A stretch of DNA of 64,000 nucleotides from Chrysomallon squamiferum (GCA_012295275.1 CM022672.1:15252001-15316000), one strand, 5' to 3'. Counted from the stretch's first letter, positions 1 to 13,394 are shown. Notes: generated by a model not told the origin, from the letters alone. Numbers and translations: made by a program.

Positions 1-129
1 ACTATTGCTATCACTACTACTAACTGCAATTATTGTTACTACTACTGATGCAGTAATACAAATATATGCCTGGTTATATTATTATTATTATATTATTGTT
101 ATTATTACTGATTATTATTATTATATGCC

Positions 130-205
<76 letters not shown>

Positions 206-214
206 GTTATTCAG

Positions 215-2061
215 ATTGAGGGAGAAGGTTTCAAGAAGGCACATCCTGTTTTGGGCATCATTGTCACAGTCCTTGTTATCATCAATGTAAGTTGTCATTC
301 AGGAGCAGATCTTGAATTTAATGAAGTAGGAGATGAAAAACTTTATCTATCTCATTCTTGTAGTCTCACTACCAGTTGTTATGTATAATTATATAGACAG
401 TGAGTGTATAGCTTTTGTACACTTATTGCTAATAAATATTATTCAGTTTGTATACAGCATGAATAAGTTATTCTCTTTTTTTAAATATTTTCAGCCTATT
501 ATGTCCATTTTTCGGCCTGGTCTACTTGACAGCAAGAGACCAATATTTAATTGGGCTCATAGGGGTGTTGGGACTAGTGCCTTTGTACTTGGAAGTAAGT
601 TAAGTTCTTTGTAAAATGTGAAGAAATAACTATCTTGCACCATAATTGAAAACAAATTTCAGTTACAGTGATAATAGTGATGACGATAAAAGCAAAATTT
701 ATTATTATTATTTTTTTTTTTTTGTTGTTGCTGTTATTGTATGATGATAATATTAGAAATTCAAGTCATCATAATTGTGTCTTAATGTAATTGTAATAGT
801 TTTTAATAAGGATGATAGGAATGATGATGATGTTAAAAGAAAACAAAGAAAGACAGACATACCGTTGTGTACATCCAAGTGTGTGTGTTTTATGTAGGCT
901 GACTTTTGTTTTCAGCTATCACTATATTCTTTGGAACACAGCTTCATGATACTCCATTTTACCTGGTCTACATTCTGGGTGGCTATGTCACATGGTTGAT
1001 TTTGACCATATTGATTCTTGAGATTATTTTGTGCTACACAGTGAAAAAATGTAAGGGAAAAAACTCTTTCTCTGACTGTCTGATAATTTTTCTGTGCCTC
1101 CTTCTCTCTTTGTCTCTCTCTCTCTCTCTCTCTCCAGCCACATGTCTTTCTGTCAATCTGTCTATCTGGATTTAGTGGTATTTTCATGTGGATTAGTTCT
1201 AGATCTATTTGGAAATTTAGCAAACAACAAAACAATAAAAACAAAAAATAAATAAAATAAAATAATATATAATTTAACAAGAAAACAAAGAAGAAGAAAA
1301 AAGAAACAAGTCAGAAGTTTCACTTGTAAATGTATTTACAGATTCTGTTAACAAGAAAATGCAAATTCAGATGAATTCACTTGCCCACACAGATGAAGAG
1401 AGACCAGAATCTGTTTCACCGGTGAGTAAGATATAAATGTCAGTTCTAATTCAATTATTTTTTATTTTTTTATACTTATTATTATTATTATTATTATTTT
1501 TTTTTTTTTGTTTACAAATATAATTATTAAATTAATAAATACAGTTTTATACAATAAATAAAAGTAAGTCACAATTTCATTTCTAGAAATAATGTAAAAA
1601 GATTGTTCATGAGATTCTCAAAGAAGGTTTAAGCAAAAATAGAAAAGTCAAGTTCGGGTTAGCAGATAATATAATAATATGAACTTGAAATTTATTAATA
1701 TTAGATAAAAATTATAATTCTACACTACTACCTCTACAAATACTAACAACAACAACAACAACAACAACTAATAATAATGTTGTTGTTATTGTTTGTTATA
1801 TTTATTATTATTTTTGTTGTGGCTTTTGTCATAATTAACAATCTGGGAAAGAGCATTGGATTTTCAGAGTGAAAATCTTAGTTCATCTGCTGTAAATGGT
1901 AGACATTTTTATATCAGTACATTCTCCCAATATTCAGTTTGAGTAATAACCATTATTTTCACTTTCAGGAACTCTTGGTGAAGAAAATAATTCTGGGTTT
2001 GCACATAGCAGTGGTGACAATAATCACAATTACCACTATAGTTGTACTGATTCTGTCGTAA
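215..2061 (+). CDS. FRRS1: 3' part of putative ferric-chelate reductase 1 (cytochrome b561 domain protein); exons 215-286, 495-594, 916-1050, 1342-1421, 1969-2061
   Basis: All introns are GT-AG with compatible phases (0,1,1,0). The spliced product IEGEGFKKAHPVLGIIVTVLVIIN-PIMSIFRPGLLDSKRPIFNWAHRGVGTSAFVLG-TITIFFG...-ELLVKKIILGLHIAVVTIITITTIVVLILS* carries the b561 heme-His motifs HPxLG and RPxxxxxxRxxFNWxH plus C-terminal TM helices. The 5' exons lie outside the window. Confidence 0.85.
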
Positions 2062-5000
2062 ATGTACAGGACATTGGTAGCCTAATGTACAAAAATACAT
2101 TTTATGTTTGTTAGTTTGTAAATCATTTTAATGTATAGTATTGCAAAATGTAACAATATTTTAATCACTTTATTTATGTCTATCTTCAGTATGTAAACTT
2201 TATGTTTTCTTAGCATTAGAATGATATTCAGTACCAAATTTTATTAAAAGAATAAGGTCTTAGAACTATCTAAATTATTTTATACAGATAGAAAGAGAAA
2301 AGAGAGGGATCAATATTTAGCTGTCTAGGTTTGTTAATGGTGTTTCAGTTTTTGGCTCAGATGAATTATTTTTATATATATATATATATACTTGAATTTA
2401 AATAAGCAATTTGTAGTTTTTAATTTTGTTTTATTTCTTGACAAATTAGATTGGTTTTGGATTAAATAATAAAAGTTAAAAAATCCACATTAGATCTGTG
2501 AACGAATTTGTCAGTCACACTTAATGTTCTAAAGTCTGGCATATGGATTTGTCACATATCAAACAATAAAAACAAATCTCAGTGCAGTAAAAATAATAAT
2601 AATATTAAGTTATCAGTAGGTACTCCGAAGCACCTGTGTTTTTGTTCTGCCATACTGTTTTTAACCTAGTTTTACTGACTTTTGAACACTTATTTTATTA
2701 CAGTGGTACTTTTCTTTAACAGTTACCATAAAATGTACGGATATTTATTTTTCATCCAGATTGTTTTTTTCAGTAGTTATGCCCCTTAGATCAGCAGACT
2801 GCTAAAATGGACAGTCATACCAATTTGGATTTGTATTTTCTAAAATAAATGATTTTATTGTACAGCATTTTTATGTGATATTTTTAAAGATGGAATCACC
2901 CATGTCCTGCATTACACTGTCCTGCAGGAAAGTTGCTAAAACCATGTCGGCCAAACCAGTGTTGTGCAGCCTTGTGCATCATGTGTTATAGATTAATTTA
3001 TGGTTATAAATTTTAGATTAACATGTTTGCTAAATCTTTCTTAGTACATTTCCAATTGATCTAGTGGCTTTATTATTATTATTATTATTACTATTCAACA
3101 AAATCTCGAGAACATGGTAAAATAGATATGAACTTGGAGTTAACTAGGTTTCCATTTGATCAAATAAATATTCAAAGTCATTTGCCATAATGTTTTTTTT
3201 TTCATATTTTATTAAAATGTTTTTTGATTAATCACTGAACAAAATTATAACACTCATTATTTCTTATTACCTTCCAGTCCAAATAAGAAAAAATATATTC
3301 ATTTCAAACACATTTTGAATGAACAGTAATATGGTTATCAACATTGTTTATATTCATAAATATATGTAAAACTGAAAAATTATGAAGTAATCCTTGTCAT
3401 TGACATTGTTGTGTAACTTAACTTCTTCACAGGAAATTTGTAGTCATTCATTGTAATCAAATTCTCCTTTTCATAATATATGGTTTTTTTAACAGCATTG
3501 TAAATAAACATAACATGCAAAAACTACAAATCTTGTAAATTAAACAAATAAAATAAAACAAATGACAAATTAATTTATATCCTTTATTCAGATATTTATT
3601 GTTTCACACTACAAAAGCAGCACACAGAATGTTTTGTGTTATCAGGATGACTATTATTATTATATTATATTTTTCTTCGTTCTTTTTTGAATTTGGGTAA
3701 AAATATAAAACATTTATTCAGTTATTATACATAAAATAGTGAATAACAATAATCTTTTTCTACAACAAAACAGCTGCTACTATTAACACTGCTGCTATTA
3801 TTAGAAGCAGTGTTTATCACAGTCAGTGATTACTATTATTGCTGCTATTACTAACTTCAATCTATCTGGTTGTTTATCAGGTGAAAGTCTTAAGAGGAGG
3901 ACTGATATTTTGATTTATTAATTTTAAAAATAAAGAAAACTACACCAGAGATAATAAAAATATATGTCTTCAATCATCTAATTTAATCTGTTTTCTGGGT
4001 AAACAACTGAGGTGCCATTATTGAATTCCAAGGAAACAGAATTTAAATAGTCAAACATGAAAATCAATGAGAAATTAGTATCATAAAAAAATAAAAAAAT
4101 AAAATAAAAAAAATAAAAAAAAAAAAAAAATAAAATAAAATAAAAGCACAAAGGAAAGCCACTACTGATACTTTATGAAAATGAAATTAAAAATCAGGTT
4201 TGGTCACAGTTCTTAATGAATGTATGGTTAGGTGACTGGAATTGCCAGTGGAATGACAACTACTGAGTTTTTTTTTGTTGTTTTCTTTGTAATTTTGTCA
4301 GTAACACATACTTAAAATCTTGTCAGTTTTATAAAGATAAGATAAACCTCTAAATTAATACTTATATTTCAAAATTAAAGTCACCTTTGATTGTATTTTA
4401 ATGAATATTTAAAGGCAATATCAAAGGTCTTGTAGATGATGGTCTGTTCTTATTAAAGTGTTTACATTATCAGAGGATATATATACTTATTAAAATGTTT
4501 TTTGTTTTTATATTTACAAGTGGAATATATAAAATACATAAAACTGAAAAATATTGTCTTATATAATAACAATATAATAAACAGTTATTATTTGTTATGG
4601 CATACATGAATTTAAAACAAAAATAAAAATTGACTTTTAAAACGAAACTGTCAGTGTAAACAGTGAGTATATAAAATAAAATTTTAAAACAGTAAAAATG
4701 TGATATAAAAACTAACACATAAAATAAACAAAGACCATCATACAAAGTAACAAATCCAAAAACGTATATGTATAAAACTGGAATACTGTTCTAAACCTAT
4801 TAAAATAACAATAGCATTTAAATAAATCACCTGTCTTTTTACTCTCACAAACACAGTCACAGAAAAGTATATAAACTCTGATGACTAATGTAACATTTTA
4901 CAAACAATTCTCAAGGAATAATTATTTCTATATTTATCCCTATGTCATTTGCCAGGTATATAAGGTTGTTGAAAAAACTGGATGTCAAATATACTTTTCT

Positions 5001-5352
5001 ACAGCTGGAATTGGGATGTTCAAATCCAGAGTTAAAGAAAAAATACTAATAAGATTCGAGTGAAAAAGTTATGTGTATACTCACACTGTTTGACCAGGAT
5101 GAAATATCTACCATTATTTTTCTTGAACAAATGGTCACATGTATATTGTTTATGTTTTTTCTCCATAATATATTAAAGCTTATAAAAACTGAAATAAATA
5201 TTATGAACAGTTTCTAATATTATGGTTTTGCCTCATAAAAATCATTTAACAAACAGAGGTAGTGTTAGTTAACAGTTTTTCTTTTTTCTTCAGCTGTGAG
5301 TATGTGTGTGTTTATGGATGCATATGTATGTCAGTATGTGTGGATGTTTGTT

Positions 5353-5385
<33 letters not shown>

Positions 5386-6423
5386 ATATGTGTGTTGTGT
5401 GTATATATTTTGTGTCTATGTATGTATGTGTGTATACTTGTTTCTGTGTGTATGTGTGTATACTTGTTTCTGTGTGTGTGTGTGTGTGTGTTTATCAAAG
5501 AAATTCAACAGGGCAACTTGATGACACTCCCAGCATCTGTTGACCATCCATGATGAGATATTCCCCATGTATAACATTCCCAGTCCAAGAACACTGGACA
5601 GGAGTGACCCACCAGGTGGACAGATGCCCCATCAGCAGCATCACCACCCAGACAATCCCTGTCACCGAAGGAGTGACCTCACAAGCCACCACCAGCCCTG
5701 AGTATGCCCACCCCACCCATGGAACCCTGACATAAATGCATTTACCTGTTACCTGAAATCATTGTTGCATCCATTCAAGAGCAGTAAACCATTTCCACCA
5801 ACCTGCCTGTTGGGGACAAATATCATGTTTTTAGTAGTTTGTGCCAAATGGGGATGTGCTGAATGTTAGTAGTATTAGTAAATTAAGTTAAATTAGTATG
5901 TTGAAAGAAATAATGATTGTAGTCCAGTAGCTAACGTTGGAGAGTCGATATTTGCTTTGCTGAGTATAACTGTTCTAGATTTCTATAAAGATAAATGAAA
6001 TATTAAAAATGAATAATATAAATTTGTTTTAAAAAAAACTATTCTCCTAACAGATATCTTCTGTCACTGTATCATTATTTCTTTCACCATAGATTAGTAT
6101 TAAAACAAGTGAAGAGGACAAGTCTCTGTGATGACCTGTCTGCTCTACAAGAACTGTGATTTCATCCCAGAACAGTTTCTGATCATTCACTGCTCCTGCT
6201 CAGACCATCACATAGTGGGAAAATGTGTTATTAGTCAAAATTAATGGATATGAAAAACAACAACAAAAAAACATTTAAATCTCTGAAGGTCTGTCTGCCC
6301 TACAGGAACAATGACCACGTTCCAGTATTTGCTGGTCATTCATTTTTCCTGCCCAGACTGTCAAAGATGTAAAATGTTGTAATAATAATAATAATAATAA
6401 TTTAATAACAACAACAACAAAAC

Positions 6424-6498
<75 letters not shown>

Positions 6499-7539
6499 TT
6501 AGTTAAATTTGTTTTGCTAATTTTTCAATTACTTCCAGTACACCTAATGATTAGTCAATTTCCTATTGTTTGCTGGTCACAAAGACAAGCAATCACAAGC
6601 AAACATTCATACAAATAAGAAATATGCTCATATAATGCACACACATACAAATACTGGCATACATATTAGTAAACACATACATATTTCTGACACACATTTT
6701 AGATAAAATACAAACACACAGTAATTACACACTGATGCATTTGATATACACACTGACACAGACGTTAGTATACACCTACACAAATACACTACTCTACATA
6801 TTAGTATAAACACTAACAAATATTAGTATACACCCATAAACACTCTGCTACATATACGTACATGCACACTGACAAACACACACTGCAAAAATATTAGTCA
6901 ACACATTCACCAACACATTAATAGACACTCATCACTGACACACATATTAGACAACATATAACACTGACACACATATTAGTACGGATATACACACTGACTG
7001 ACATATTAGTAACCATGACATCTATCCACCAACAGACAGGATGGTGGAGGTGATCCCTACTCTGCAATGGGTACATCAGTGAAATCAGGGAACACAGCAG
7101 TCCTGCGTCAAGGTACCAGGAGTGAAATGGACAGCCACAGGACTGTATGATGACTTGTGGGGTGGGTCCTTCAGTGACAAGGACCTCTGGGTGGCGATAC
7201 TGGTGATGTGACATCTGCTCACCTGATGGGACCTACCCACCCAGTGTTCTTGACCTGGGAATGTTGGTTGAAGTATTACATGGAGTATACCTGATCATGA
7301 ATGCTCAAAGATGACTGAGAAAATGTCATTAAATTACATTGTTGAGTTCCAGTGATAAACGGATGGAGTGATGTGGTGTATGAAATGTATGAAAAAAAAA
7401 GAAGAAAAAAAAAGAAAAAAAAAGAAGGAAAAAAGTGTTCTGTGAAAAGAAGAAAAAAACAAAATACAGTCATACCCCACTATGTCATTAACTGGTTCGT
7501 GTTTCTAGTCAATGACTGAAACAACAAATGCAGGTATTG

Positions 7540-8200
7540 CTAGTGCTTTACCACTGCAACAACAACAGACATGTAGTCAGTGTCTGATAACAATACGAGC
7601 ATGAATATCACTAGTGTTTTACCACTACAACAACAACAGACATGTAGGCAATGTCTGACAACAATAAATATGGGTATCCCTAGTGTTTTACCATTACAAC
7701 AACAACAGACATGTATTGTGTGTCTGACAACAATAAATATGGGTATCACTAGTGTTTTACCACTACAACAACAGACATGTAGTCAATGTCTGACAACAAT
7801 AAATATGGGTATCACTAGTGTTTTACCACTACAACAACAGCAGACATGTAGTCAGTGTCTGACAACAATAAATATGGGTATCCCTAGTGTTTTACCACTA
7901 TAACAACAGACATGCAGTGATGTCTAACAACAATATGGATGTCACTAATGTTTTAGCACTACAACAACATCAGACATGTATTCAATGTCTGACAACTATA
8001 AATATAGGTATCCCTGGTGTTTTAGCACTACAACAACATCAGACATGTATTCAATGTCTGACAACTATAAATATAGGTATCCCTGGTGTTTTAGCACTAC
8101 AACAACAGCAGACATGTAATCAGTGTCTGACAACTATAAATATGGGTATCGCTTATACTTTACCACTGTAACATGAACAGATACATTGGCAATGTTTGAT
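7540..8200. repeat. 69-bp minisatellite, about 9 copies, with degenerate copies continuing to ~8400
   Basis: Unit CTAGTGTTTTACCACTACAACAACAACAGACATGTAGTCAGTGTCTGACAACAATAAATATGGGTATCA; for example units start at 7611 and 7680. Confidence 0.9.
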
Positions 8201-9339
8201 AAAAGCATGGTTATTGCCAGTGTTTAATAACAGGTGACATGTGGTGAATCTCTGATAGCCATTAAAACAACTATTGCTAACACTTGTCATTGTGAAACAG
8301 TTGTCATATATCCAAAGCGTGATAACAATTAAAATGGTTATCCATAATGCTTGCCATTATAACAACAGGTCACATGTGTCTAGTGTCTCACACGACCAAT
8401 TTAAACCCAATGAAACCTTTACGACCTAAAACATTCTTCTCTTTGCTTCATAAAGCCCCACATTCAAGCAGGCTTTCAACAGAACACTTTTCAAAATCAC
8501 TTCTTAAATGAAAGTCAATTTCTGCTCCATTTATATTCACATGACCATATACTGCAATAAAATTTATATTACAATATAATTCATAATCAATCCAGTTTTT
8601 TTCTATGTGTTCTTATTTCATTCTCACTGTAAAGTGCTTTGAGCCTGCCCTCTGGAAGAAAAAGGCATTACTGTTGTTAATGCTGAAGAAAACAACTGCA
8701 AAATGCAGTTATGAATTTTCAACCATTTCATTTTTGACCACATGAATGGTTTTGTGTAAATGAATAAAAGATGAATTTGACAAAGGCTGAAATGACAGAG
8801 CGGGGTATTACTGTAAGCTTGACTCTTTAAACTGGTTATGCATATTGCTTGCCACTACTAAAACAGGTGATATGTCCAAAGTTTGACAATAAATAAATTG
8901 GTTATTCTACTGTTCAACTCTACTAGAACAGGGTAACATGGTGGTTAAAAATGAATAAATATGAAGATATCTGAATATTTTACAAATCTAGCATACAAAA
9001 ATGAAGATACCTTCATTTATTCTAGAGATCTGCCATATAAATATGAAATTTCTGAATGCTGTTAAATTTTAAATAAATATTTACTTATTTATTTATTCAA
9101 ACTATGTTCTGGAAAAACAATAGGGACCCTTTACTGAAATCCCAGGACACAGAATTAAACATCACATAAATGGTAAACAGAGATGTCTGTACATTTTGAG
9201 AGGAAGAAATTAATAAAAAGTGAAAAATAGAAATATTTGCTTCACAAAAAGTAATTAAAATCAAATGAAATAAATTAATAGTAATAAAAATAATAATAGT
9301 GATGATACTGATAATCACAATAATGAAGTTATCATCATT

Positions 9340-11866
9340 AATTTTGTATTTGTTTCAAAGTCTGTTAATTGAACTACTGACATTTCTTCGGTTTGTTTCC
9401 TCAGGATGAGAAGTGGAAAATGAAGAGGAGAATCTACACATGCACCTTCTGATTAAGAATGGTGTAGGAGAAGTACATCAGCTACACGGTAATGCCTGTA
9501 CATTTTGTTAATGACAAATTAATAAAAAGTGAACAATAAAAATATTTGCTTTAGAAAAAGTAATTAAAATAAAATGAGATAAATAACAGTCATAAATATA
9601 ATAAAAGTGAAGGTACTGAAAATCACAATAACGAAGTTATCAAGAACAACGATGATATCAACATTATCATGATCAACGTGATCATCGAACAGAATAATAA
9701 GAATTATCATGATGATTATTGTAATGATGATAACACAAGTAATGATGGAATTAATTTTGTATTTGTTTTAAAGTCTGTTAACTGAAATACTGACATTTCT
9801 GCGGTTTGTTTCCTCAGGATGAGAAGAGGAAAATGAAGAGGAGAATCTACACATGCACCTTCTGCTAAAGAATGGTGCAAAAACAGACATCACCTATGCT
9901 GTAAACAGAAATTCCCGTAGATTTTGTGAAGAAGAAATTAATAAAAAAGTTAAAAATAATGATATTTCCTTTACAAAAAAGCAATTAAAATAAAAGAATA
10001 TAAAGTAATAGTAATAATAGTAATAATTTTGACAATAATAATCAAAATAGTAATAGTGATAATACTGATGATGACAATAATGCAATTAACAAGAACAATA
10101 ACAACGATGACATCAACATCTCAAGTTCATCATCGAAACGAACAATAAGAATTATCATCATAATGATGGTAATGAGGATAACACTAGTAATGATGGAATT
10201 AATTTTGTATTTCTTTAAAGTCTGTTAACTGAAATACTGACATTTCTACGGATTGTTTTCGCAGGACGAGAAGAGGAAAATGAAGAGGAGAATCTACACA
10301 TGAACCTTCTGCTTAAGAATGGTGTAGGAGAAGGACATCAGCTACATGGTAAACAAAAATGTCTGTACATTTTGTGAGGGACAATTTAATAAAAAGTGAA
10401 CAATAAAAATATTTGCTTTAGAAAAAGTATTTACAATAAAATAACATAAATAGTCATAAATATAATAATAGGGAAGATACTGATAATCACAATAATGAAG
10501 TTATCAAGAACAACGATGATATCAATATCATCATGATCAACGTGATCATCAAAGAGAATAATAAGAATTATCATGATGATTATGGTAATGAGGATAACAC
10601 TAGTAATGATGGAATTGATTTTGTATTTGCTTTAAAGTCTGTTAACTGAAATACTGACATTTCTACGGGTTGTTTCCTCGGGATGAGAAGAGGAAAATGA
10701 AGAGGAGAATCTACACATGCACCTTCTGCTAAAGAATGGTGCAAAAACAGACATCACCTATGCTGTAAACAGAAATTCCCGTAGATTTTGTGAAGAAGAA
10801 ATTAATAAAAAAGTTAAAAATAATGATATTTCCTTTACAAAAAGCAATTAAAATAAAAGAATATAAAGTAATAGTAATAATAGTAATAATTTTGACAATA
10901 ATAATCAAAATAGTAATAGTGATAATACTGATGATGACAATAATGAAATTAACAAGAACAATAACAACGATGACATCAACATCTCAAGTTCATCATCGAA
11001 ACGAACAATAAGAATTATCATCATAATGATGGTAATGAGGATAACACTAGTAATGATGGAATTAATTTTGTATTTCTTTAAAGTCTGTTAACTGAAATAC
11101 TGACATTTCTACGGATTGTTTTCGCAGGACGAGAAGAGGAAAATGAAGAGGAGAATCAACACATGAACCTTCTGCTTAAAAATGGTGTAGGAGAAGGACA
11201 TCAGCTACACGGTAAACAAAATTGCCTGTACATTTTTGTAGAAGAAATTAACATAAATGGAAAAATATAAATATTTTGTTTTACAAAAAGTAATTAAAAT
11301 AAAATGAAACAAATTAATAGTAATAATATTAACAAAAAGAATATTAAAGGTGATAGTTGTGATAATGATAGCATTAATCTTAATTAAAAACATCATCATC
11401 ATCATCAAAGAGAATGTAAGAACAATGATATGATGATAACAATGACAGTGATACTACTAATGATGGAATTAATTTTGTATTTGTTTTCATGTTTGTTATA
11501 TGAAATACTGACATTTTTAGATTTGTTTTCACAGGATGAGAAGAGGAAAATGAAGACAGGAATACACAGGTGAAGTCAGGAATGGGTTTTTAATTTTTGG
11601 GGTTTTGCCGGCATTTGGGTGGGCGTGTTTGCATTTTAACGTAGGCATCAGACTCTTAATACTGATGCCTACATATGCATGTTCTGCTTTATAAATCAAT
11701 AAAAAGTGAAAAATATAAATATTAGTTTTAGAGAAAGTAATTAAAATGAAATGAAAAAAAAGTAATAGAAATAATAGTAATAATTTTCACAATAATAATG
11801 AAAATACTAATAGTGATAATACTGATGAAAACAATAATTAATTTAACAAGAACAATAACAACGATG
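9340..11866 (+). repeat. Tandem array of ~410-450-bp units, each an 83-84-nt exon-like core plus an AT-rich intron-like spacer, with an ~863-bp higher-order dimer
   Basis: Cores start at 9405, 9818, 10265, 10682, 11128 and 11535. Each is preceded by CTGAC...pyrimidine tract...CAG (mutated to CGG at 10682). The first five are followed by GTAA(A/T). Confidence 0.85.
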
Positions 11867-12666
11867 AAAATGTACAGGCATTTCTCTTTACATTTCAGGT
11901 ACTGTCTTTCTCCTGCAGCATTCTTTCACCTTCTTCACCTATGGGACCTACGGATTATAAAGCAGAACATGCATGTGTAGGCATCAGTATTAAGAGTCTG
12001 ATGCCTACGTTCAAATACAAACACGCCCATCCAAATGCCGGCAAAACCCCAAAAATGAAGAACCTATTCCTGACTTCCCCTCTGTATTCATGTCTTCATT
12101 TTCCTCTTCTGATCCTGTGGATACAAATCTAAAAATGTCAGTATTTCATATAACAAACATGAAAACAAATACAAAATTAATTCCATCATTAGTAGTATCA
12201 CTGTCATTGTTATCATCATATCATTGTTCTTACATTCTCTTTGATGATGATGATGATGTTTTTAATTAAGATTAATGCTATCATTATCACAACTATCACC
12301 TTTAATATTCTTTTTGTTAATATTATTACTATTAATTTGTTTCATTTTATTTTAATTACTTTTTGTAAAACAAAATATTTATATTTTTCCATTTATGTTA
12401 ATTTCTTCTACAAAAATGTACAGGCAATTTTGTTTACCGTGTAGCTGATGTCCTTCTCCTACACCATTCTTAATCAGAAGGTTCATGTATAGATTCTCCT
12501 CTTCATTTTCCTCTTCTCATCCTGCGAAAACAATCCGTAGAAATGTCAGTATTTCAGTTAACAGACTTTAAAACAAATACAAAATTAATTCCATCATAAC
12601 TAGTGTGATCCTTATTACCATCATCATGATCATAATTCTTATTGTTCGTTTCAATGATGAACTTGA
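10984..12666. repeat. Long inverted repeat (arms ~10984-11694 and ~11955-12666)
   Basis: ORFs 11205-11408(-) and 12241-12444(+) translate identically and are symmetric about 11824.5. The arms are reverse complements with scattered mismatches. Confidence 0.92.
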
Positions 12667-12840
12667 AACTGTATAGGAGAATATCTGGCCAGAATGGAGC
12701 TGTTCTTGTTCACTGCCGCGATGATTCAGAAATTTGAGTTCCTCAAACCTGAAGGGTGTCCACTGACGACCATCGACCCTGTCTTTGGGATCACCCACGC
12801 CCCAAGACCGTTCAAAGTTAGAGCTGTTCTGAGGAAATAA
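12667..12840 (+). pseudogene. Cytochrome P450 (CYP2 clan) 3'-terminal fragment (copy a)
   Basis: NCIGEYLARMELFLFTAAMIQKFEFLKPEGCPLTTIDPVFGITHAPRPFKVRAVLRK* is nearly identical to 38231-38404. It starts abruptly inside the heme motif at the inverted-repeat edge. Confidence 0.9.
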
Positions 12841-13394
12841 ATCTATGGTTTGAAAATATTATATACTGAAAATAATGTTAAACAAACTGTGCATGTATGT
12901 ACTTACCTATGAATGTATGTGTTTATATATATATATATATATATGTATATACAAGCTCACATACACGTGTGCATGATACAGGAAGTCAGACTAACACAGA
13001 TACACTTAGATATATATACACAAGTATATATAAGAAAAGCTGTTGGAGGGTTTGTACAGAAAGCGCACTGTTCGAATGTTAGAACTGAGTGAATAGAAAT
13101 TTTGGAGTTACATTATAATTCCTGCTTGATTGATTAGTTTATCAAAGGTTCGCATGAAATGTGTTTCTTGCTATCTACTCTAGTACAGCGTGTACAAAAT
13201 TCTGCGCGTGTAAACCTAGTTTTCTCTTAGTGATCAATGGTTTTATCTTCTTTATAATAAAACTCATTTTTCGTTGTAGTTATATCATAAACAATAAAAT
13301 CGCCTGTATGCTTAATCCTGAATCTGTGGGTTATTTTATGTTGGATTCATTTTGTTTTACAAATATTTTAATTGTCTTTAATTTTATTATTTTT

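Noticed and set aside
5-388. ORFs of poly-I/L/N, and similar poly-SL, ER, CV, TH and S/T ORFs throughout (e.g. 46020-46652, 47167-47645, 55175-55774)
   Set aside because: They are translations of (ATT)n, (CT)n, (GA)n, (GT)n and (AGT)n microsatellites; only 215-286 is a real exon.
9340-11600. Regularly spaced repeats as a CRISPR-like array
   Set aside because: The spacers are homologous to one another, units are over 400 bp, there are no cas genes, and the context is eukaryotic.
11620-11700. Hairpin as a miRNA precursor or terminator
   Set aside because: The stem is only 11 bp and does not extend to the ~30 bp a pre-miRNA needs; intrinsic terminators do not apply here.
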